Shown here: positions 25,540 to 32,000 of the stretch, piece after piece
Numbering within the stretch: position 1 is the stretch's first letter
How the letters are laid out: each line of letters begins with the position of its first letter
DNA from: Acaryochloris thomasi RCC1774
GTDB lineage: Bacteria; Cyanobacteriota; Cyanobacteriia; Thermosynechococcales; Thermosynechococcaceae
DNA length: 32,000 bases
Direction: 5' to 3'
Assembly (NCBI RefSeq): GCF_003231495.1
Contig: NZ_PQWO01000005.1
Span: forward strand, 120,001 to 152,000
The notes under the pieces: model-generated
What the model was told of the DNA's origin: nothing
Databases searched by the model: none
The model's input: only the letters and a program-made list of their open reading frames with translations
Translations under genes and position numbers: made by a program

Positions 25540-27381
25540 ATGCCTTGGACATTTACCCCAACTCAAATTTTCCCTGGAATGCGGACTGTCTTTCTGCAAT
25601 TCTGGCCTCAGATCCGCAAAGAGAAAGCGCTGATTTTGGTCTCGATTTTAGGACTTGTGGTTGAAGTCTTTGCGCGTTTGCTCGGTCCCTGGCCCTTGAA
25701 GCTAATCTTTGACTACGTGCTGCTGCCCGATGCCCATACCGCTGAACTCGATCTCCCTTTTCTACGGGATGCCAGTCCGACGCTGCTGGTGCTGCTTCTC
25801 TCCCTCTCGATTGTTGCGACAGCGGCGTTAAGTTCGGTTTCGGCCTACATCAGCATTGTGAGTATGTCGATTGCGGCCAGTCGCATCATTACTGAAATTC
25901 GCAGCCAGCTCTATGCCCATCTGCAGCGCCTGTCTTTAGCGTTTCATTACCAGGCGAAGAGTGGTGACTTACTGACTCGGATTACCAGCGATATTGATCG
26001 GCTGCGGGATGTGACGGTCAACCATGCTTTGCCTCTAATCATCAATCTGCTCACGTTGGTGAGCATGGTGGCGGTGATGTTTTGGATGGATTGGGAGCTG
26101 GCGCTGATTGCCCTTGCTGTTTTTCCGATCTTTTTGCTCTCAACCCTGAAAATTACGAAGCGTATTCGTCAGGTTGCTAAGCGTCAGCGACGTCGGGAAA
26201 GCGCAATGGCAGCAACAGCGGCGGAGTCAATGGGCGCGATTAAAGTGGTCCAGGCGTTATCGCTGGAAAATCTCCTAGAGCAGGTGTTTGCTCACGATAA
26301 CCGCAAGAGCCTAGAAGAGAGTGCGCGAACCCAGCAGTTCTCGGCAGGGCTGAAGCGGACGGCAGAGATTTTAGTTGCGATCGCAACCGCTCTAGTCCTC
26401 TGGCGCGGCGTCTATCTCGTCCAGCGCGGATCTGCCACGCCCGGAGATTTGTTAGTGTTCATCACCTACCTCAAAACCGCCTTTAAGCCCACCCGCGAAC
26501 TCGCCAAGCAAATGGCCAAAATTACGCGGGGGATTGTCTCAGCCGAACGGGTGATTGACCTACTCAAGGTTGAACCTGCGGTGCAGGATGCGAAGGATGC
26601 AATCATAGCCCCTCCTTTCCGAGGTGCTATCAGCTTCCGCAACGTCAGCTTTGCTTACCAGATCGATCAGCCTATCCTGAAAGATCTCAACTTTAAGGTA
26701 CAGCCCGGTCAACGAATCGCTTTAGTCGGACCATCCGGCGGCGGCAAGTCAACCCTAGTCAGTCTGCTGCTACGTCTCTACGATCCACAGCTCGGCCAAA
26801 TCTTGATTGACGGCCAAGATTTGCGAGACTACCAGCTTGAATCCCTGCGGAACCAAATCAGCATTGTGCTGCAGGACAGCATCTTGTTCGGCACTTCCAT
26901 TCGCGACAACATTGCCTACGGTGCGCTGGGGGCCACGGATGCTGAAGTGCGGAAAGCGGCGCAGCTTGCCAATGCCCATGACTTCATCATGGATTTGCCA
27001 AACGGCTACGACACGATGATGAGTGAGCGGGGGGTGACCCTTTCGGGAGGGCAACGGCAGAGAGTTGCGATCGCAAGAGCCGCTATCCGTAAAGCCCCGA
27101 TCGTCATTCTTGATGAACCCACCGTGGGCCTCGACAACAAAAGTGAGCAAGCGGTCAGCGAAGCTCTCAACCGTCTTGCCCAAAATAGTACAACCATCCT
27201 TATTACCCACGATCTCAGTGCCTCACGAAACTTCGATCAGATTCTCTATATCGAGTCTGGACAAGCCCTAGAACAAGGTACCCATTCAGAACTGATGCAG
27301 AAGGGTCAGCACTATGCGGCTCTCTATCAGCTCCAATCTGCGGTGGATACTGATCACTTTTCCCAAAGCATCGAGCTTTAA
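25540..27381 (+). CDS. ABC exporter, fused permease/ATPase half-transporter (MsbA-like type I exporter)
   Basis: It has six N-terminal TM helices. It also has Walker A GPSGGGKST, the signature LSGGQRQR, Walker B IVILDEPT and an H-loop ITHDL. The start could alternatively be the internal ATG at 25579. Confidence 0.9.
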   Translation: MPWTFTPTQIFPGMRTVFLQFWPQIRKEKALILVSILGLVVEVFARLLGPWPLKLIFDYVLLPDAHTAELDLPFLRDASPTLLVLLLSLSIVATAALSSVSAYISIVSMSIAASRIITEIRSQLYAHLQRLSLAFHYQAKSGDLLTRITSDIDRLRDVTVNHALPLIINLLTLVSMVAVMFWMDWELALIALAVFPIFLLSTLKITKRIRQVAKRQRRRESAMAATAAESMGAIKVVQALSLENLLEQVFAHDNRKSLEESARTQQFSAGLKRTAEILVAIATALVLWRGVYLVQRGSATPGDLLVFITYLKTAFKPTRELAKQMAKITRGIVSAERVIDLLKVEPAVQDAKDAIIAPPFRGAISFRNVSFAYQIDQPILKDLNFKVQPGQRIALVGPSGGGKSTLVSLLLRLYDPQLGQILIDGQDLRDYQLESLRNQISIVLQDSILFGTSIRDNIAYGALGATDAEVRKAAQLANAHDFIMDLPNGYDTMMSERGVTLSGGQRQRVAIARAAIRKAPIVILDEPTVGLDNKSEQAVSEALNRLAQNSTTILITHDLSASRNFDQILYIESGQALEQGTHSELMQKGQHYAALYQLQSAVDTDHFSQSIEL

Positions 27382-27469
27382 TCCTCCGTCTTTCAAAGCC
27401 CCCAGAGACAGGAGTTGCTGTACCCAATCTCTAATTTTTCATTACTCTTCTAGCTAAGAGGTTACTCCC

Positions 27470-28627
27470 ATGACTAACCCCAAGATCACCATTATTGTTG
27501 CCCCCAGAGAGCGCTTTCAATTTGCCCGCGAGTCTCTCGAAAGCCTCTATGAAAACACGACGCTTCCCTTTGAGCTGATTTATATCGATAACAACTCACC
27601 CGAGGGGTTGCGATCTCACCTCAAAGCTCAGGTCCCAAGGCACGACTTTCAACTCATTCGTTCTGAGCATTATTTATCTCCTAATCAGGCTCGTAATCTA
27701 GGTTTACAGCACGTCAAAACGCCCTATGTGGTCTTTGTCGATAATGATGTTGTGTTTGCCCCAGACTGGCTCAGCAACCTAGTAGACTGTGCCGAAGAAA
27801 CCGGCGCAACGGTTGTCGGTTCACTCGTGTGTCAGTATCGCCCCGTTCATGAAACGATTCACTGTGCTGGGGGGACCTATATGGCTCCTGAGATGTATAC
27901 AGCCTTCGCTCGCGGAGAGCTAAATCCCTCCGGCACCTTGGGCATGATGGGTGGCTGGCAGCTTCAAGAGAAAACGCCGTTTCAAAATCAACCGCTGGCT
28001 GAGGTTTGCGATCGCATCCCACGCCAACCCACTGGCTTTGTCGAATTCCACACCATGCTTGTGCGCACGGCTATCTTTGACCGCATTGGTCCCCTCGACG
28101 AAGGCTTTTGCTGCACTAAGGAATACCTTGATTTCTGCATGATGGTTACTCGTGCGGGTGGTCAGATTTACCTTGAACCAACCTCTGTTGTCACCTTTTT
28201 GACTCATCCCCCAGCTCCGGCCCTGGAGCCGTCTGACGTACCCTACTTCATGCTGCGCTGGAGTGATCAATGGGAGCTAAGCAATCTCCTTCATTTTCAA
28301 AAGAAATGGAACTTAAAGGAGAGCAGCTACTTTCAGAAGCGCTATCAAAAGTTAGGTCAACGCCGCCGCAAAGCTCTGGTCAAACCCATCGCTAAGCGGT
28401 TTGCCTTCCTGGGGAAGCCTGCCAAAAAGTGGATTGAAAATCAGCTCTTCCAGCTAGAAAAGCAGCTCAATCAGATACTCACGAACCTTCATTCGAATGC
28501 CGTTGCGATGGCTGAGCCTCACGCATTGGGCCGAGCTTTGGGGATCGACGCAGATTTTTCAACCCTTCCCAGTTCTTCTCGCAAAACTCGGCGGAACGTC
28601 TCTTCCATCGGCTCATCCTGGCGCTGA
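27470..28627 (+). CDS. GT2-like glycosyltransferase, paralog 1 (its last ~36 codons are probably read-through into foreign DNA)
   Basis: ITIIVAPRERFQFARESLESLYENTTLPFELIYIDNNSP, DxD-like FVDNDV, and EFHTMLVRTAIFDRIGPLDEG. Homology to the paralog at 30369-31421 stops near nt 28520. Confidence 0.75.
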   Translation: MTNPKITIIVAPRERFQFARESLESLYENTTLPFELIYIDNNSPEGLRSHLKAQVPRHDFQLIRSEHYLSPNQARNLGLQHVKTPYVVFVDNDVVFAPDWLSNLVDCAEETGATVVGSLVCQYRPVHETIHCAGGTYMAPEMYTAFARGELNPSGTLGMMGGWQLQEKTPFQNQPLAEVCDRIPRQPTGFVEFHTMLVRTAIFDRIGPLDEGFCCTKEYLDFCMMVTRAGGQIYLEPTSVVTFLTHPPAPALEPSDVPYFMLRWSDQWELSNLLHFQKKWNLKESSYFQKRYQKLGQRRRKALVKPIAKRFAFLGKPAKKWIENQLFQLEKQLNQILTNLHSNAVAMAEPHALGRALGIDADFSTLPSSSRKTRRNVSSIGSSWR

Positions 28628-28670
28628 TGGCACCCCGATTACCTTGACTAAAGTCGTATTCAGATTTCAT
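28519..28670 (-). pseudogene. Type II antitoxin-like remnant (BrnA-partner type), frameshifted or internally deleted
   Basis: The ATG at 28670 lies 2 nt after the toxin TAA. The N-terminus MKSEYDFSQGNRGA matches the xEYDFSxGxRG antitoxin start. A second frame continues DEPMEETFRRVLREELGRVEKSASIPKARPNA to a stop at 28519-28521. The 152-nt span is not a multiple of 3. Confidence 0.35.
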
Positions 28671-28672
28671 CC

Positions 28673-28926
28673 TTATCTCTCCATGTATTGCTGACGTTCA
28701 GATCGATTGGCTTTGCGAGCTGAGATCAAGCGAATTTTATTGCCTCGCCAGTTGCAGGTAATAGACCTCCTGTCTGAATTCGCGAATGCTTCTGCATTGG
28801 CCCCCCCAGCCCCCCAATTCTGGGGGGAGAGTACTCAAAGACTTCATGTTGTAGCAACGATTGAGGAAGCCAGTTCATAACTTTAATAACCGAATCCGAA
28901 GCACTCCATAAGTTTGTAGATTTCAA
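28673..28926 (-). pseudogene. BrnT/DUF497-like toxin gene interrupted by a GC-rich repeat element
   Basis: Hand translation of the minus strand 28794-28673 gives AEAFANSDRRSITCNWRGNKIRLISARKANRSERQQYMER*. IRxISARKAxxxERxxY is the DUF497 C-terminal signature. The 5' part (from the track ORF, MKSTNLWSASDSVIKVMNWLPQSLLQHE) is in a different frame and is separated from it by the repeat at 28793-28841. Confidence 0.5.
28793..28841 (+). repeat. GC-rich palindromic dispersed repeat, copy 4 (inside the brnT-like pseudogene, flanked by CTTC direct repeats)
   Basis: tgcattggcccccccagccccccaattctggggggagagtactcaaaga. CTTC occurs at 28789-28792 and 28842-28845. Confidence 0.75.
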
Positions 28927-28977
28927 GCATCACCTAGCCTGCAGCACCTATTCATCGCTAAGCAGCAATGCAGTCAG

Positions 28978-29020
28978 CAGCTCTCCCCCCAGAATTGGGG
29001 GGCCGGGGGGCAGTGCAATA
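28978..29020 (-). repeat. GC-rich palindromic dispersed repeat, copy 5 (inverted relative to copies 1-4; lacks the AGTGCCCAAAGA tail)
   Basis: The plus strand reads cagctctccccccagaattggggggccggggggcagtgcaata. Its reverse complement, tattgcactgccccccggccccccaattctggggggagagctg, aligns to copies 2-4. Confidence 0.7.
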
Positions 29021-29138
29021 CACCTGGCGATTCCTAAGAACATCACAAACCTGGGAAGCCGAACGTTCAAGCGCAACACAAATAGAGCTGCGCAACTCAT
29101 TTTCTAATCAACACAATCCAAGTAAAGGGCCAATCACT

Positions 29139-30107
29139 ATGCTTTATCGACAATTAGGTACCACTGACCTGATGCTCTCTGCCATCGGTATGGGCACCTG
29201 GAATATTGGCAATCAGTGGGGACAAATTGATGAATCCACTGCCTTAGCAACCGTTCGTAGTGCCTACGACAGTGGCGTCAATATCTTTGACACTGCAGAA
29301 TCCTACGGCATTCCAGCGGGACTGTCTGAAGAACGCCTTGGCAAAGCGCTCATTGGGATTCGTGATCAGGTCCACATGGTTACTAAAATTGGGCGCTGGG
29401 GCCGCCGTACCGGGCAAACGGTTCCCATGACCACGGTGGATATGATTCGACTCTGTACCCATGCCTCACTCCACCGACTCAAGACGGATTACATTGACGT
29501 GATGCTCTGTCACGAAGGCAAAATTGAAGACCCCAGCATCTATTTAGAAGGCTTCGAGCAGCTTAAAGATGCCGGTACGATTCGCGCCTATGGTATCTCA
29601 ACAGATCGGCTAGATGTACTCCAGAGATTCAATACTCACAACACCTGTAGCGTGGTTGAGGTGGACTACTCACTGCTGAGCCGCAACCCTGAACAAGAAT
29701 TTCTGCCCTATTGCCAAGCCCACGGAATTGGAGTGCTGGTGCGAGGGCCGCTGCACAAAGGGCTGCTCTCAGGCAAGTATTCAAGCGAGACCCAGTTTAC
29801 CGATACGGTGCGGTCAGAGTGGTATGAGAGCGATCGCAGCCGCGAGAAACTGAACCGCAAACTAGCCAAAGTCGAACAGCTTAAAACTGCTCTGCAGCCT
29901 GGATCAGAGATGGTTTCTAAGGCCCTACGCTTTGTGATTTCTCACCCCATGCAGCCCGTTGCGATTCCGGGTGCTAAGTCTCCTGAACAGGCTCAGGCGA
30001 ATGCAGCCGTGGGAGATGCGCTCCTGACGCCCAAAGAGTGCGAAGATCTGATTCAGCTCACTAAATTGCCGAAAACAGCGGGAAAGACTGCCGTTGCAGC
30101 CCGATGA
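29139..30107 (+). CDS. Aldo/keto reductase
   Basis: MLYRQLGTTDLMLSAIGMGTWNIG...IFDTAESYG is the typical AKR N-terminus. The start is moved from the track's 28968 to the ATG at 29139 because the extension translates a repeat element. Confidence 0.85.
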   Translation: MLYRQLGTTDLMLSAIGMGTWNIGNQWGQIDESTALATVRSAYDSGVNIFDTAESYGIPAGLSEERLGKALIGIRDQVHMVTKIGRWGRRTGQTVPMTTVDMIRLCTHASLHRLKTDYIDVMLCHEGKIEDPSIYLEGFEQLKDAGTIRAYGISTDRLDVLQRFNTHNTCSVVEVDYSLLSRNPEQEFLPYCQAHGIGVLVRGPLHKGLLSGKYSSETQFTDTVRSEWYESDRSREKLNRKLAKVEQLKTALQPGSEMVSKALRFVISHPMQPVAIPGAKSPEQAQANAAVGDALLTPKECEDLIQLTKLPKTAGKTAVAAR

Positions 30108-30368
30108 TGAGAACTTTCTCACAGACTCTTCACGTTCCATTGACAGGTGAATCCGAAGATCGAAGATAACTGCTATTGCTCATAGCAGATTGCAAAAGAA
30201 TGTCTGGAATGTAGGTTTCACGATCTCGCAGAGAGAGTCGATCCCTATCTCTAAAAGATACGAAAACCTCGTTTCCTTATTTGGTTTTGGCCTCAGGGTC
30301 ATTGGTGAGGAGTTTTCAGACATTCCTTACTTCAATTTATGACTCCGAGCTTCTCAGGATGGAGACAC

Positions 30369-31421
30369 ATGACTCAACCCAAAGTTACCCTCGTCGTTAG
30401 CCCGCGAGAGCGGTTTAGCTATACCCGTGCCTCTCTGGAGAGCATCTATGCAAACACCGACTATCCTTTCGACTTAGTCTTCGTGGATGTTTGTTCACCG
30501 GAATCGGTGCAGACTTACCTCAAAGCAACGTCGCAGTCTTTCAAAATCTTGAGGACGGACCACTATCTTTCTCCTAACCAGGCTCGCAATGTGGGTCTTC
30601 GCTACGTTCTCGACCACACCGACAGCCAATATGTTGTCTTCATTGAAAATGATGTTGTTGTAAAGCGGGGCTGGCTCACAAGACTGGTCAACTGCGCAGC
30701 AGAGACAAATGCCAGTGTCGTTGGCCCCCTCACCTGTATTGGGAATCCGGCTCACCAGGTGATTCACAACGCTGGCGGTCAGTGCTATATCAAGACCGAC
30801 TTTAAAAACGGTCAGGCTCGACGCCGGATTAAGCAATCTGCTTATTTGACCGGGCGGGCCGTGGCTGATGTCCGAGATCAGCTCCACCGTACCCCGTGTG
30901 ACTATGTGGAATTCCACTGCATGTTGGTGCGCACCGACACCTTCGCCATGACCGGTCTGCTAGATGAAGGGATGTTGGCAACCCGAGAACATATTGATTT
31001 CTGTTTCATGGTGGCCCAGACCGGAGGGGAGATCTATAACGAGCGGGAAGCCGTCGTTACGACGGATACGTTGGGGCTGGCTTCCAATAAAGCGGGGTTG
31101 ATGGCCCGGTTTGGTCAGCTTAAGCTACCCGATTTTCAATGGTCAGACCTGCCCTACTTCATGCTGCGCTGGAGCGATCGTTGGGACCGCGCGAGCCTCG
31201 ACCATCTGCGACAGAAGTGGAACTTGGCTGAAGATAAGTACTTTACGAAACGCTATGCCGGACTGGGTAGTCGTCGCCATGAATTACTCATTCAGCCTAT
31301 TGTTCAGTACCTCACCTTTGGTAAGGGCAGTCCCTGGCTAGAAAAACTTTTGATCAGTCTAGAAAGGCCGTTCAACAACTACTGGTTTAACCGCTATGCC
31401 CAGCGTTTCGAACAGTCGTAG
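30369..31421 (+). CDS. GT2-like glycosyltransferase, paralog 2
   Basis: VTLVVSPRERFSYTRASLESIYANTDYPFDLVFVDVCSPE, FIENDV, EFHCMLVRTDTFAMTGLLDEG. It shares the C-terminal PYFMLRWSDRWD...KWNL module with 27470-28520. The start is at MTQPK (30369) or 30339. Confidence 0.75.
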   Translation: MTQPKVTLVVSPRERFSYTRASLESIYANTDYPFDLVFVDVCSPESVQTYLKATSQSFKILRTDHYLSPNQARNVGLRYVLDHTDSQYVVFIENDVVVKRGWLTRLVNCAAETNASVVGPLTCIGNPAHQVIHNAGGQCYIKTDFKNGQARRRIKQSAYLTGRAVADVRDQLHRTPCDYVEFHCMLVRTDTFAMTGLLDEGMLATREHIDFCFMVAQTGGEIYNEREAVVTTDTLGLASNKAGLMARFGQLKLPDFQWSDLPYFMLRWSDRWDRASLDHLRQKWNLAEDKYFTKRYAGLGSRRHELLIQPIVQYLTFGKGSPWLEKLLISLERPFNNYWFNRYAQRFEQS

Positions 31422-31453
31422 GGCAGCAACTATCGATTACTGTGACTTGCATC

Positions 31454-32000
31454 ATGAAACTACAGTGCTTCAATCCGAATGCTGCCCCCACCCGTGTGAT
31501 TTTGGTCCGACATGGGCGCAGCACCTATAACGATCAGGGGCGCTACCAGGGCTCCAGTGACGCATCAGTTCTGACGGCTCAAGGTCGTCAGGATGCGTTT
31601 CAGACCGGCCTAGCGCTCAATGATATTTCGTTCTCTGCCCTTTATGTCAGCCCTCTCCTTCGCACCCAGCAGACCGCTCAGGAAGTCTCAGCGGCATTCA
31701 AGTTCAGCCGCCGCTCTCCTATCTCCATCAATGTGCATGGCGATCTGAAAGAGATTGACCTGCCGCGATGGGAAGGGTTGTCCTATCGGCATGTGCAGGA
31801 AACGCTAACTGACGACTATCGCTGCTGGATAGAGCGTCCCCATACCTTTGAAATGTTGCCGCAGGCGGGGGCTAAAGATGTGAGCCCTCGGCGGCCTGTT
31901 CAGGATCTCTATGCTCAAGCGCGGCGATTCTGGCGGCAGGTGCTGCCGCGCCATGCGGGACAAACGATTTTAGTTGTGAGTCATGGCGGCACGATTAAAG
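31454..32000 (+). CDS. Histidine phosphatase family protein (phosphoglycerate-mutase-like), 5' partial; runs off the right edge
   Basis: Hand translation from the ATG at 31454 gives MKLQCFNPNAAPTRVILVRHGRSTYNDQGRYQG...LVVSHGGTIK. The RHG and SHGG motifs are present. The frame is open to the end of the window. Confidence 0.8.
   Translation, partial: MKLQCFNPNAAPTRVILVRHGRSTYNDQGRYQGSSDASVLTAQGRQDAFQTGLALNDISFSALYVSPLLRTQQTAQEVSAAFKFSRRSPISINVHGDLKEIDLPRWEGLSYRHVQETLTDDYRCWIERPHTFEMLPQAGAKDVSPRRPVQDLYAQARRFWRQVLPRHAGQTILVVSHGGTIK

Noticed and set aside
28726-28926. The 66-aa minus-strand track ORF taken as an intact small protein.
   Set aside because: Its middle (SPPRIGGLGGP) is a translated repeat element, and its 3' part is out of frame with the DUF497 signature. 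It is better explained as the disrupted 5' half of a toxin pseudogene.
28968-29138. N-terminal 57-codon extension of the aldo/keto reductase ORF in the track (MQSAALPPELGGRGAV...).
   Set aside because: The extension translates repeat copy 5 (PPELGGRG). AKR homology begins at MLYRQLGTTDL (ATG 29139).
30170-30188. Hairpin CTGCTAT-TGCTC-ATAGCAG downstream of the AKR gene, considered as a terminator.
   Set aside because: No U-tract follows it, and the stem is only 7 bp with mixed composition.
1-32000. A search for defence systems, prophage, integrase or transposase genes, CRISPR arrays, and rRNA or tRNA genes.
   Set aside because: No ORF shows nuclease, helicase, methyltransferase, integrase or transposase hallmarks, and no structured-RNA signatures were recognised. 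The only mobile-element-like items are the small repeats and the TA relic reported above.

Overview
This is a cyanobacterial chromosomal window. Evidence: at least 20 perfect HIP1 octamers (GCGATCGC) and the genes psbX, ycf66 and ycf19/yggT. GC content is moderate except for the first ~500 nt.

Layout:
- (a) 1-530: a low-GC edge carrying the 5' end of a sulfotransferase-like gene on the minus strand.
- (b) 531-9615: housekeeping genes. These are an LptF/G permease, an alpha/beta hydrolase, ilvH, ycf66, psbX, ycf19, accC and a large membrane-anchored repeat protein.
- (c) 9831-16880: the replication-origin neighbourhood. The minus-strand array is rplT-rpmI-yceD-jag-yidC-PH-rnpA-rpmH. It diverges from dnaA, then an oriC with 10 DnaA boxes, then dnaN.
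- (d) 17140-19749: an orphan NarL-type response regulator, a low-molecular-weight (LMW) tyrosine phosphatase and an apocarotenoid oxygenase.
- (e) 20223-31421: an accessory-looking glycosyltransferase (GT) and export locus. It holds three tandem MurG/GT28-C-like paralogs, a GT4, an MsbA-type ABC exporter, two paralogous GT2-like genes and an aldo/keto reductase.
- The window ends in a partial histidine-phosphatase gene.

Main findings:
- The GT/export locus has no recognisable product.
- A roughly 50-nt GC-rich palindromic repeat family has five copies, all inside that locus.
- One copy splits a BrnT (DUF497)-like toxin gene. That gene belongs to a decayed brnT-brnA-like toxin-antitoxin (TA) cassette lying antisense to the 3' tail of a GT2 gene.

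No CRISPR array, transposase, integrase, rRNA or tRNA was seen. All coordinates and translations outside the ORF track were derived by hand, and no database search was possible.
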